A stretch of 64,000 nucleotides of DNA, from positions 49,848,001 to 49,912,000 of the forward strand of contig OZ024749.1 in assembly GCA_964016885.1 (NCBI GenBank). The letters run 5' to 3'. A program made the translations under genes and the position numbers. The DNA is from Eledone cirrhosa (taxonomy: Eukaryota). Positions 41,499 to 57,201 of this stretch are shown one piece after another. The notes under the pieces were generated by a model that saw only the letters and a list, made by a program, of their open reading frames with translations, did no database searches and was not told the DNA's origin. Every line of letters starts with the position of its first letter. The first letter of the stretch is position 1.

Positions 41499-43585
41499 AC
41501 ATTTATATTTATATATATGTATATACACAATTTGCTTTATATATATATATATATATATATACAAACATATATTTCTATGGACGTAAAATTTAACATAACT
41601 GTAATGTTTACCAGAGAAAGAAAAGTTGTGGTATATCCTTATCAACATAGCAATATAGAGGAAAAGGGACAATACCTATGTAAGAGAAACTGAAGAATGC
41701 CTGAATCGAAACAGACAACTGCGCTATAGCTGTCAACTATAAAAAAAAACCATTCGGCTCAAAGCTTCAGATATATTCTAGTATCAAATCCGCTAACACT
41801 CACTCACACACCCAAATCCATATATGTGTATGTGTTTGTGTGTGTCTGTGTATGAGTGTATGTGTGTGTGTATGTGCCTGTGTGTTCGCCTGCGTTATTG
41901 TATTACGATTTCAAATTTTTAATTTGCTATTTCAGTCCTTGGTGTAGCAGATTCATTTCCGTTTCCAGATAATCTCAATTTTGAGAACGCACAGTGAGAT
42001 TTTAAATAGAATTTCACAAAGTATTTTAAGCGTTTCAAATGTTCTCTCTGACTGAATATAATTTTCGCTTTCAGTTTTGCCCTAAGCATTGCTTTCGCAG
42101 ACGACAGGGATTAATTTAAGTTCATTCTTTCAATGTGACATTTGCAATTAGATCACCTCGTGACATTCTATTTCAAGATGTTTCTGTGAATGAAATAACA
42201 CGCACTGCCATCATTTTAGATTTAAATGGTCTACAATGTGGTATTCTTTATTCCCTATTTCGAAATGTCATATTTAGCTTGTGGAGAGTTAATCTTTTAA
42301 TGTGTATTTGTTTATGTCACAATATTAAAGACGTGAGCTGTCGTATGAATATGCATTATGTTATTCCTAAGTGAATTAATTGTTGCTACTGAAATTTTAA
42401 TGAGAAAATATATTTATCAATGACGTACATAACTAACTGGTTTTAACCACACGTACATTTATAGATGAATACGGAGAACTAGAGATAGTGTTGCATATAA
42501 TGATTTTCCGCGTTGTCACCGTGTCCAAAATTAGATGATAGTGTCGAATACTCGTTGCAGCTTCGGGAAATATATTTATGTACTTCCTTTCTGACTTACA
42601 TTGTTCTCTCTATTCTTTCTCTATTTTGATTATTGCTTTCATTTTCTTCTTACATTTGTTTACTCTCGGTTCTTTCTTTCGTTTGATTCTGTCGCTTAAC
42701 TCTCTCCTACTACTAGAGTCACAGCCAGAAACTCGGACAAACAAAATAGACAGAGGTAAATGCAAAACGCCACAAGTATTTACATTACATAATGAACACT
42801 CTGTGCTATTATTTACAAGAAAATCATCATCAATAAATCTCTGAATAACATATATAGCATACAATTTTCTATTCATATTTTTATTCACATCTCTCTAAGA
42901 AAATTCTCTATTCACACAGTTCAAATGAGAATGTAATTCTATATATCTTCATTCAGACCATAACATTTGTGTCAAGCAGATATATTCTGATTTACATTAA
43001 CGATAAAGATTCAGAGTCAGATAAAGTGCGTATATTATTTAAAATATAAAGCTAACGGTGTTTTACAAATATATACAATTGATTGAAACAAATATTACAA
43101 CACAATGAAACGGACGATATGAACAGTCTGTTCGACGATGAATAAATGCAGTGTATTTGTTCACATATGCGTATTGTGTGACACACAATAAATGGTTCAA
43201 AAATTATTATATTTTTCTGAATTTAACTCTCACGTAGCAAGATATCCAAAGCGGTTCAGTGCAAATCTAAGAATCATTTCAAATCTGCATTCCTTCAAAT
43301 ATTTTATACATTCTTGCTTTATAAAGAACACATTTACATATACGTACACCCAGATAAAGACATACAATGTCAAAAAAATATATATATACGTTTGTGAGTA
43401 TACATATCGGTGCGAGTGCGTGCATTTAATCGTAAGCTTTATACATGAGATTGGTTTTGAGATCCTCGAGTTATTTTGATAGTCTCAAGAAGACGAGTTT
43501 ATATATTGGTCACTTAAAATATTAAGGCATCGTTGTTTTATATATTGTTAATTTTGGGTGATATATATATATATATAGATCTCTC

Positions 43586-43658
<73 letters not shown>

Positions 43659-43731
43659 GTTTATATATATATACATATATATATATGTATATATATATAT
43701 ATACGTATATATATATGTATATATATATATG

Positions 43732-43808
<77 letters not shown>

Positions 43809-43825
43809 ACATATATATATATATT

Positions 43826-43919
<94 letters not shown>

Positions 43920-43945
43920 TGTAATAAACAACATAAGATATTTAT

Positions 43946-44006
43946 TTCATTTACCAGTGGGTTCTTGAAGACAGATGATGTGTCTATCTTCAGTCGTCAG
44001 AATGAA
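43946..44006 (-). ncRNA. Type I hammerhead motif, decayed
   Basis: TTCATT-CTGACGA-c TGAAGATAGA cacatca TCTGTCTTCA a-GAAC-CCACTGG-TA-AATGAA, followed by AATAAA. A sister fragment at ~41320-41372 reads GTAA, so the consensus is GAAA. Confidence 0.7.
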
Positions 44007-44564
44007 TATAAAAAAACATTTTGTATTTATTAAATATGGATTTGAAAACAAAATTTAGGAAATATGAAAGCGAGGCAAATGTTACGATCTGTTGTTTATT
44101 ACAGAACGTATAAAGCATAGTAAGTGATAGGTTTAATCTACGCTCCATCGATTCTCAAAAATAATAATAAAGATAGCAATAGCAGTAGGAACAAAATTAA
44201 CACAAGATAAAGCTCAAGAAAACACCAAGAAAACAAATAAATACTGTAATGTAAGACCATTGAGGCAATTAACAGATAACATAACCACAATCGATTGCTA
44301 TACAGCGCTATATAGTCCCTTTAGAGGGATTTGGCATTTCTAAAAGATGATAACATTTATAGATTTCGAATTGAAACAGTGTTTAAAAAATGCCGTTTTT
44401 TCATTGAAGAGAACTGCAATGCATAGTTGATATTGAGAAGATTGTGGACAAAGCATTGAGTATAAGAAAGCAGAATGGTGACAACATTTATTGAATGATG
44501 AGGAGGATCGGAGGGATATAGGTAGTTATGTACACATTCTTGACACTCACCCACACGCACACAC

Positions 44565-45335
<771 letters not shown>

Positions 45336-45339
45336 CTCA

Positions 45340-45444
<105 letters not shown>

Positions 45445-45475
45445 TGTGTGTGTGTGTGTGTGTGGCTATATATAC

Positions 45476-45511
<36 letters not shown>

Positions 45512-45577
45512 GCCTATATATATATACATATATATATATATACACATATATATATATATATATACATATATATACAC

Positions 45578-45654
<77 letters not shown>

Positions 45655-45713
45655 TTTATTTGTCTGCCTCTCTGTTTTGTTACCCTATACATGTGCACTA
45701 TATATATATATAC

Positions 45714-45900
45714 AATATATTAACAAATGGAAACTATATTTATAAAACCATATTTATTTCATTATACATATTTCAAGGGCCACCAAGGCAAACTATGATG
45801 CGCTTTCATCAGACAAAATATAATATAGGTTAGTTTTATAAATAAATATTGACATGTTTTGCTTGTTATATCCCAACAAATTAAATATAACCTCTACATA
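45714..45900 (-). mobile_element. PLE-like pLTR repeat with hammerhead core
   Basis: CTGATGA-AAGCGCATCA..TGGTGGCCCTT-GAAA-TATGTA at 45762-45816, then AATAAA; homolog at 20224-20480. Confidence 0.65.
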
Positions 45901-45931
45901 TATATATATATATATATATACATATACACAT

Positions 45932-45982
<51 letters not shown>

Positions 45983-45992
45983 GGGAGAGAGA

Positions 45993-46042
<50 letters not shown>

Positions 46043-46609
46043 TGATGGAGCACGAGAGAGATTGAATGGATGTCAAGAAATAGCTGAAAGGAATAGGAGA
46101 GAATGGGAGAGAGAAGAAAAAGGATCTAGAGATAGATAGAATATTAGCAATAGAAAGAGATTGCTACCGTGTGAAAGTGAGGAAAAAGGAAAGGATGAGT
46201 ATGGATAGGTTTGTGTGCATGTACTCACTTCTAAAGTTTTCGGTAATGCAATTTCCAAACATCTACCCAGGGAGTTGAGGTGTCTGAGATTAAAGGCAAA
46301 TGAAACTATGAGATAATATGCAGCTGCTGCGGAATCTGTTGGTACATTAATGTTATTAATGATGGAATCGTACGCTGTAAGATACGTTGCAAAAGCATTA
46401 CAAAATAACATTTAGTTAGTTTAAATTTAGTGCATATAGGTTGTTTCTGTTTTATTGCGTATGCTTTGCTAAATAATAGATACTTAAATATATTATTCCG
46501 GAGTCACTGTCATCTACAATATCAGATGAGCTTCAACTTTTACATGGATGCTTATGTACATATATCTATATACATCGTTGGGAACCACATTCCTACAACT
46601 AGAGACATG

Positions 46610-46643
<34 letters not shown>

Positions 46644-46644
46644 A

Positions 46645-46860
46645 CGGAAAAATATGAACAGGGACAAAACAGAGAGCCAGTACAATAAATGTTTATTAAT
46701 TTCACGCTCAGGAGAGTGGGGGGTAGGTGGGGGACAACGTTTCGGGCATAAGCCCTTCCTCAGGTGAGAAGTGTGTGGGAACAGAGTTCAAAAGGTGTGT
46801 AGGGGAGTGGTGGAGAGACATATAGCGAAAGGAAACGGTGCGAATGAAAAATGAACAAAT
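46645..46860 (-). mobile_element. PLE pLTR with minimal hammerhead
   Basis: CTGAGGA-AGGGC ttat GCCC-GAAA-CGTT at 46735-46765, with AATAAA downstream. The tail is homologous to 59065-59156. Confidence 0.75.
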
Positions 46861-46906
46861 AAAGATAAAAAAAATAAATAAAAATAAAATAAAAATAAAA
46901 ATGATA

Positions 46907-46998
<92 letters not shown>

Positions 46999-47029
46999 TA
47001 TATATATATATATATACATATATACACAC

Positions 47030-47072
<43 letters not shown>

Positions 47073-47087
47073 CATATACATATGTAG

Positions 47088-47152
<65 letters not shown>

Positions 47153-47430
47153 TAAATATATATATATGTATGTATGTGTGTGTGTTTTACGCATATGTGT
47201 GTCTATGCTCATATATGCGAATATATATAGTGGATGGGAAAAAAGAAAACGATACTCAATATGGCTTTAGAGGTGGTATACTTTATTTTATATATATATA
47301 TATATATATGCGTGTGTGTGTGTATGTATATATATTCATATATATACATAAATATATAATATATTTATATATGAGAGAGTGAATGTATGTATATAAATAT
47401 GTGTGTGAGTAGGTGTATGTATATATATAT

Positions 47431-47532
<102 letters not shown>

Positions 47533-47684
47533 ATATATATTATTAAAAACACAAATAGTTGGTTTATGTTTATATCACCATGAGATACATGTCGCACAGG
47601 AATACCAGTCCCGATAACCTTATATATTTAACTTTTCAAGAAAAATATTTCCAAACCTTCCATGAATTATCTGTTCTTGATACA

Positions 47685-47763
<79 letters not shown>

Positions 47764-47785
47764 TATATATATATATATGTATATA

Positions 47786-47837
<52 letters not shown>

Positions 47838-47908
47838 CTGTGTAAATATATATATACACACACACACATATACATACACACATATACGTGCACGCGCACA
47901 CCACAAAC

Positions 47909-47955
<47 letters not shown>

Positions 47956-48713
47956 CCGGATATGTATTATATATAATTATCACATTGATTCCTGTAAAAT
48001 ACAAATAAGACATCAGAAACTTTTGATACTAGCAAAAGGAATTACGGCGCAGAAAATTGTACCTATATATATATACTGTATGGTGCTAGAAATACCATGT
48101 ATATATTGTGATCAGTGTATATTTTGCAGACATATTTTTCAATTTTTTTTAATGTAGTTTCTCATGGATATATTCATAATAATGTTTTGTATATTTGTTC
48201 ATTGAATTGTTAACGTTTGATATAAACAGTATATCTCTATATAATTCACTTGTAAGATACGTGTAAATAACGAAAGGAATAGTGATATATCCGTCTTTCG
48301 GGATAATGTCGAAAACAATAAAACACTTTTCAGTCATATTAATATTCAGTAAATATTGAGAATATTTCTACTACTTTAAATCAAAGACTTTGAAGAAATG
48401 AAATCGGGAAATCAAATCTCCTAAGTGTATAGAATTCTTCCGATATACTTTTAGAAAATTACTGTTTATCACATGTATTAGGTAAACACTCAAACAGTGT
48501 GTTGGTAATAAAGTTGAATATATATAATATTCTCCAAACGGACTATAGTGTATCGATGTCATATTCGATTAGGTATTACATAAATATCAATAACGTTGCT
48601 AAGAAAAGTGATACAAAAAGAAATGAAATGTTAGAATCTTTACTATCATTCTATAACTAGTTGTCACAGACCTGTATCATCGGACACTAGTACAGCTTTC
48701 GAAGTCTTGTGTA

Positions 48714-48761
<48 letters not shown>

Positions 48762-48919
48762 GGGGGGGGGTGTTTGTGTGTGCGTGTGTGTGTATGTATT
48801 TATGGCGTTACCATCGTGATATTTTCAGACTGGTTGAGACCTTTTCTCCCATATTCTGAGCACAGTCATTTTCTAGTAAAGATTGAAGTTGAGAGAGTAA
48901 AAGCAATCTAATGTTTCGG

Positions 48920-49300
48920 AATAGTGAGCCAGGGCGACCTGGTGCAGTCTGCTAATAAGCCAGTCTCTCTTTCACATCGGTCGCTTTCCGACATCTTTGC
49001 AGTCGATGTCCTAGCAGTGGGGACTTCTACTGTAGTTGGCCTTAGGGCTACCAACCTACCTATCACCATAAGCGCTGAGCTGGCTAGTCACAGATGTGAG
49101 CCTCACGAGATGAAATGCCTCTTCCAGAGTATGGCCCTTACCATCCTCCGGGGAAACGCCTACTCCATTATGTCTGCTGGGTCCATGGGGCGGCCAGACA
49201 GTGGGAGTTAGGCTCTTCTGTGTTCGAACCTGGTATGAGCGACTGTTGTCCGTAATGAATATAACGTACCCATCGTCTTTAGTTGTGGTTTATTAAAAAC
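48920..49300 (+). mobile_element. CRE-like non-LTR retrotransposon 3' remnant
   Basis: ORF 48924-49211 ends E...LFQSMALTILRGNAYSI, matching the LFQ.LS..IQRGNA C-terminus of CRE-clade RLE proteins; locally GC-richer. Confidence 0.65.
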
Positions 49301-50807
49301 CTTGCAACACCCCTTTTCCTTATATGTTTATGATGAACGCCTCGTATTTGAATACACTGACAAAATACAATGTCTGCGTTTCACTGTATGTCACCTCGAA
49401 GTAGTTTAGAATTGATACAATTTTATATAATCATAATATAGAAATAAACCTTATAGGACGAACTTTAATAAATAGTAATTAAAATAGCTCATCACCCAAA
49501 AGCTATGTTTGTAACAAAATAATTTTACTCATAATTATTTTTACTTGTAAATGGCTTAGATTTTCATTATCCAAAATTATCAGTAATTAAGAAACGTCCT
49601 ATGCAGTATGCTTCTAGCTATTTCTCTCATATCATATATCTCACTCTATTTATAATGTATATGTACGTTTCCGTGTATGTGATACTGTTAGTTATAACAA
49701 ATTATCCGTCATTGTTGACAGCCGCGCATATAACAGAAAGAGCATACGATGCAATCATATATATATACAATGTATAAACTGTGTAACCATGAATTCTTAC
49801 AGGTAGCTAAATAGGTAGAAAAATATAGAAAACGAACAATTGTGTTAATTTCGGTGATATGCGTAGCTATTTGAATATAAGACAGGATACCCACCTGATT
49901 GTTTACAAGTTTGCCTTGATATTTATCACCAATACAGTGAAATATATTAGGATTAATACATGCCAACAATTGCACATACATAAACATATCATGGGGAGGA
50001 AATAAGCCCATATGAATGAATGATTTTCCGAATGAACTTGCTATTATTGTACATAATTAACGACTGTGTTCTCTAGAGAATGATATTAGTTACAAGTCCA
50101 TTAAGGCATATATCTCGGATACAACATTTTAAAAATTAACATACACTTTTATAATGCGTACAACTTTATACTGGAGCATTTACAGTTATCCGGCCTATGA
50201 AGCTAAGATTGATGCGAGTTGATTTCGTGTTCGTGCCTTATATAGGAAACTAATATATCTCAAAAAGCAAAGAAAATAGTCTAGGATAATATGCTTTAGA
50301 AAACATAAGAACAAGATGGAAAAACGTTTTTATGAAACTTTGTTCTATGTGCAGTGATTGAATTTCAACAAACGATATATGCATTACTAAACGTTTCTCC
50401 TAATTAGAATAAATAAAGACGATATTTTTGTTCATTACAATTGTTTTATTTCTTGAGAAACTATTTGCATAAAATTTCAAATCAATTCATATTTCAGTGT
50501 AGCATATATCAGAATTACAATAGAATACTTGGTATATAATTATCAATGGATAGTACATGAAAGCAAACATGAAATTAATATTTTGTTAGAATAGTTAACT
50601 TGAAAATCTCCTTTCATTTCGACATTGTTCGAGGTCATATTTCGACAATTCAGATAATTAGCTATTTGAAAGCCAATACATATATACTCAGAAACATACA
50701 TATGCATGCAGTGGGTTTGTTCGCGTAATGTCATGTATGCATATAGGTAATTTTCTTTGGATATGTATGATGTTCTGGTAGCATGCATCCAAATGAATAA
50801 TCATAAC

Positions 50808-50808
50808 C

Positions 50809-50853
<45 letters not shown>

Positions 50854-50854
50854 T

Positions 50855-50885
<31 letters not shown>

Positions 50886-50925
50886 AAGAAGAAGAAGAAG
50901 AAGAAGAAGAAGAAGAAGAAGAAGA
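50808..50925. repeat. (AAT)n-(AAG)n compound microsatellite
   Basis: Direct reading. Confidence 0.95.
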
Positions 50926-50975
50926 ATATATAAATATGTATATATATATGCATATATATACAGATATATATATAC

Positions 50976-51025
<50 letters not shown>

Positions 51026-51044
51026 ATATATATATATATGTATG

Positions 51045-51224
<180 letters not shown>

Positions 51225-51832
51225 TATATACGTATGTATATATATATATATATTTATATATATATGTATTTATATACACGTGTGTCTCTTTGTGTTAATA
51301 TATGTGTGTGAGTCCATCTAAGCACTTCTAAATGTTTCCAATTGAAACAAGTAAGACAATGACTTCATGAAGTTTAAAAGTAGAAAGAAATAAAAAAATA
51401 CAAAATTTAGTATGTTTATTGTTCTATAATCAAAGAATATCGAGACATTCACATTCCAATTTTGTTGAATAATAGAAAGGCATTGAAATATTCCACGTTC
51501 CCCTGAATCAGAATGAGTTGTTGAAACGCTAGGAAAAATCAATATGTTTTACCATTGAAGTACACTCAATTAAACTACACGTGGTATACATTTAAATACT
51601 TACATTATGCTATAGGCTCATTCATAATTTATGTACATACACACAGACACAGGCTCTGACAGAGACAGACACAGAGAAACATATACATAAATAAACAAGT
51701 GAGACACCAGATTAACAGTCTCGCTAGCTAGCCTTATTAAAATGAACATATACAATCTACTTCGGTATTGCGTACACTTTACTCTCAGCAGTCAACTACA
51801 TATGGATATCTAAATCTCCCTCTCTCTCTCTC

Positions 51833-51937
<105 letters not shown>

Positions 51938-51962
51938 AAATCTAAATCTCTCCCTCTCACTA

Positions 51963-52027
<65 letters not shown>

Positions 52028-52029
52028 TT

Positions 52030-52390
52030 ATTAAAATAACAGATTAAAGTTTAAGCAAAGAATCGCTGCTTTCACCCTTAACGGGACTTCTGAAACTAAC
52101 AAAGTCAATCTGTAAACGCAGAACTGGATATTTCAAAAATCGATGCAACCGGAGGAAGACAGGAAGACGATACTTTGGTTCGTGGTAACGTTCGCTATGC
52201 AAATAAGTAAAGGAATAAACAAAACATATCATAGGTTTTAAATCCAAATTTATCCTGTTTGTTGTCTGCTTTTCGCGGATTATCGAAATATAAGGCACGC
52301 CAACGCAACCTTTTAATGAACCCGTCTGTTTTCTGTATCAGGAGTTTTAGGTATGTTTTCCTGCTTGGTACGGATATGTTCTTTGTAGAA
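52030..52390 (-). mobile_element. PLE family P1, second internally deleted copy
   Basis: ORF start TKNISVPSRKTYLKLLIQKTDGFIKRLRWRALYFDNPRKADNKQDKFGFKT joined almost directly to the 3' UTR/pLTR. Confidence 0.8.
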
Positions 52391-53151
52391 CACATGCGCC
52401 CATGTATATACCCATATACATATACATACATACATATGTACATGTGTATATACATATTTACACACTTTTGGATGGTGGTTGGCTCTATGAGTTCTTCTGC
52501 CCTTTGTTCTGGAGAACAGAAATCTTATGTGTATAGGGTGAAATAACAATTTGTACAATCTGATTTCCTTTACCATTTATCAAAATGTTCATATAATCAC
52601 AAAATAGCACTCTTCGTTTGTGAAGAAAATATACAATAATGTTCTATATTTTTTAGATGAATAATATGAATTTGAATTTATGAAGTTACATAAGTGTAAT
52701 GGCAAACTTTATTTCACATGGTCTCAAATATCCAATGTTACCATCTAAGATAAGGATAATGTCAGTGAGAATGCAGAAATATTATAGATCTTAGTAACAA
52801 TTGACTTATGTGAGATTATAAAGATTTTAGGAGAATCTATAATGCGAATGATTTAAAATATACATCACTTGAAATCTACACATCATATATATATATATAT
52901 ATTTCAGTTTAATCCTGGGTAGAATTGAGTCTCTAATTAACTGTAGGGTCTCGGATAATACCGACGAAAATGAACGTTACTTTAATACATTGAATGGGTT
53001 AAAACTGATTTCGCTAACGTCATTTCACTGAGAATCGAGATTTATGAGGGATATTGTGTGAAGAATGTTACAGAAAATGTACTTCTGGTGAAAAAATATA
53101 TTGATGTAAAACATCGCTAAATCTAATTCAGATGAAATATATATATATATA

Positions 53152-53343
53152 TAGTAATAATAATAAATTTGAAGACTAAAATCCAAAGAGGGCTCGATAA
53201 GGATAAATATATATCAGATATATAAGAAGCGTAGAGCAAATATTTATTACAATATTCTTGGCCAGAGACCGTCTCCATGAACCACCTTATAGAATTTTAG
53301 TCTACGACTTCATTTATACCATAAACGTGGTTTTGTCTTTGCG
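53152..53343. mobile_element. PLE family P1 fragments (inverted pieces)
   Basis: 53152-53250 matches the minus pLTR end; 53257-53343 matches the plus internal repeat. Confidence 0.7.
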
Positions 53344-53346
53344 TTA

Positions 53347-53780
53347 TTAGAATAATTCGAATTTAGATTTGTGTAATTATTCATGCAAAGCCATATAGCC
53401 CATCAAATCGAAATTTCAGATAAGAAATTCAATGAGATTCTTATTACAAAATAATAGGTGTACTGTACGTGAGTCTATTTCTATATTTATATAAATAATA
53501 ACACGTACATTATACATTTTTGTGTGTGTGCATGTGCTAATAAATCATGTATATATATATATATATATATATTTATACATGATTTATTAGCACATGCACA
53601 CACACAAAAATGTATAATGTACGTGTTATTATTTATATAAATATAGAAATAGACTCACGTACAGTACACCTATTATTTTGTAATAAGAATCTCAATGAAT
53701 TTCCTATCTGAAATTTCGATTTGATGGGCTATATGGCTTTGCATGAATAATTACACACATCTAAATTCGAATTATTCTAA
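53347..53780. repeat. Near-perfect inverted repeat (~200-bp arms) centred on (AT)n
   Basis: The arms are reverse complements with only a few mismatches. Confidence 0.92.
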
Positions 53781-54803
53781 TGTTTCTGCCACCTATTTGT
53801 ATATATGTAACTCTATCTTTGGAACGGAATGTGTGATCCAAATGAATATGAAATTCTATTCATGACTTTGGATAAACTAAGCCCCAGTACAATTATCGTC
53901 ATTCCAGAATTTAGTTTATAAATCAAAGTTATCCGACCGTAGGTCCATAGCCATACCAAATATAACATAAAATATTCATTGCAGTAATAATTATATTCCT
54001 TAAATATCATGAAGTCCTTGTTTAGTACATTCTTCCATAGTATGGCTTACATATTGATTGTCCACATTTTATTCTATAAGTATTGTGAACGAATGAATTT
54101 TATTTAGGTCCCAGATTATATTATGACCCTGATGACTCCAACGTAATTTAAATACACATCGGAAAATAAGGCTGTCTGATAATATAGTCCCTTTGTATTC
54201 AGTATTACTATATTTTAACCATTACCATAATTATCGAAGATTGATACACATTCTTATATCTCGAATGGTGTTACATTAGATTATATCACAATCATTATAA
54301 GAGTAGTAATTCCCATAGCTATAGAATTTTGAAATGCAAAGTAGACCGAAAATAAGATACTCTAAATTAATACTACAGAGAAAAATATTTTGACGCTCAA
54401 ATGATTCTGCCCCACCAAAATGTTTTGAATTTAAAGCTACTTGATATTATTTAAATCGCTGTTACTCTTGATTAATCTTCGTTTAACTACTGTAATACTA
54501 AGGGGGTTTATAATCAAAATTATCCAGGGTCATATTTTCATCTAGTAGTTAATTAGGGTCTACTGTGTGATGAGACTTACTGTGTTCATCTCTCTAGCGA
54601 ATTTGACAAAACAGATGCACATAATTTAAGATACGATTGAACCTAAAATAAATAATATTAAATCAGTTCTCACTAAAGAAAGGAAATATTATTGATAAAT
54701 AGGTAACAACTGGAGAGGTTTGTGATTTGAAATCAAAATTTAAAGGATACATTTACATCACATATCTAAGATCCTACTGAATCAACATTATTAATATGAA
54801 TAA

Positions 54804-55030
54804 GGGCGGTAGATTGGTAGTATCGGTATAGGGTCGGACGCCATGCTTTGACGCATAGAGTTACGGCCCTTGCCATTCTGAGTTCAATTCCCGCCGAGGT
54901 TAACTTTGCCTTTCATCCTTACGGGGTCGATAAAATAAAGTACCAGTCACGGACTGGGGTCAATTTCATCGACGTTTCCCTCCCCAAAACTGCTGGGATA
55001 ATTGCTGGCCTTGTGCCAAAAGTAGAAACC
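54804..55030 (+). mobile_element. SINE copy 11, long variant with 19-bp TSD
   Basis: Carries the extra segment CTGGGGTCAATTTCATCGACGTTTCCCTCCCCAAAA; CATTATTAATATGAATAAG lies at 54786-54804 and 55030-55048. Confidence 0.92.
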
Positions 55031-56206
55031 ATTATTAATATGAATAAGAATATTCAGTATAAGTATTAATACAAACTGATTTTTTATGAGGTAAAAATTA
55101 GATACATTACTAATGTAATCGGTTTATTTAATCGAATGGGAGCTTTCTAACGCGGAGTTTCCAATTTAACGCACATATAAGTAGTCAATGAGACTAGTAA
55201 TGTGCAATTTTATCTTATAACATATTCCTGAACACATCTACTTTTCGTAGTTTAATCCTACATCTATTCGATCTTTTGTACTTATTTCTATTTTGCTCCT
55301 TCTTTTTTTCTATTAATCTTTCTTTGCTGAATTGCAGTTAATTTACTTTCAGAGTAATGAGTTTTCTTACCATAATTAAATGTCTGCTTCTTTATTCTTA
55401 TTTCACCTCCCTAGTACCTTGATTTCTGCTACAACGTTGTAATGTTGTTATTCTATTCTTTAAATCTAACTAAGCTTAACAATTGTGCATCTTAGCAAAT
55501 ACCTCATAACAGACAGGAGTAAACATTGAAGAGAAACATTTCAAACGAGAAAACAAACAAAAATAAAAATCCATAGAGAATTAAATATCAGGAATAGATT
55601 GCAGAAACGATACAAATAGAAGGCACATCATCAAAATGTGAAATGAACAAGAACAAAATAAATTATCGACAACATGAACGTAATTATCAAAAATAAACGA
55701 ACTGTAGTTAAACAAATTAAAGAGAGGGTAGCGTTCGTTAGGACGTTATCATTGAAATAAATCATTATAAATGACAACATCAACTGAAATTTGTTGAATA
55801 ATATGTGAATTCTCCGTGCGTTATACTAATTTTCAGCTATTGATGTAGTATAATGATATTATTTGATATACGAAAACACACATGTCACATATACATAAAC
55901 ATTTAAACACAAAAAACAAGATGACAGTAAATACATAATATTTTATATCGCACAATTATGAAATATATATTTACAAATCCATACACAGAAGACCATACAC
56001 AGTGTTACAAAGAAAATGATAAGCACACACATATATACATATATATAGAGAGATTTGTGTTTTTGTTTGTGTCAGTGCGTGTATACACACACACAACACA
56101 CATATATACACACACACACGCACACACAGACACATATATATATGTCCCAAGGCTCTGATACCATCAACACTATAAACACAGAGATGGGATATAGAAGAAC
56201 TGACTA

Positions 56207-56262
56207 ACTGCCTGATGAGGTAATAGCCATTCAATGGCTATCATCGAAATATATATAGCAGT
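56207..56262 (+). ncRNA. Intact minimal type I hammerhead ribozyme
   Basis: ACTGC-CTGATGA-GGTaATAGCCAT tca ATGGCTATcATC-GAAA-TATATA-TA-GCAGT, then AATAAA. Confidence 0.88.
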
Positions 56263-56313
56263 AAATAAAGGATTATGAGTTCATGCAATTGACTTATGTT
56301 TCGTCACTATATA

Positions 56314-56474
<161 letters not shown>

Positions 56475-56482
56475 CAAAATAG

Positions 56483-56704
56483 AATAGCTTTCGCCGTATT
56501 TTTGACTAAAGAAATATTAGCCTGATAATGGGGTTTAGAACCCTCAGATAAATAGGAAAAGATGAGTATTGACGTAGATGTACGTACATGTACGTACATG
56601 TACGTACATGTACGTCAATGCTCATCTTTTCCCATTTATCTGAGGGTTATAAACCCCATTATCAGGCTAAAATGTCTTTAGTCAAAAATACGGTGAAAGT
56701 TATT
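56483..56704. repeat. Imperfect palindrome centred on (GTACGTACAT)n
   Basis: About 90-bp arms with several mismatches; self-complementary 10-mer repeat in the centre. Confidence 0.88.
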
Positions 56705-56769
56705 TTCGAATTTTAAAGCTGCTCACTGTTTCAAAACATACTTACTTGTCATATATATATATATATATA

Positions 56770-57057
<288 letters not shown>

Positions 57058-57123
57058 GCGGGAGTGAGTGTGTTCTGTTATTAATTCTGGCAATATTACG
57101 CAAATATGACCCTCCCCAAGTAT

Positions 57124-57201
<78 letters not shown>

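Noticed and set aside
56572-56618. Regular short repeats suggestive of a CRISPR-like array
   Set aside because: Contiguous 10-mer tandem repeat with no spacers, in eukaryotic DNA with no cas genes.
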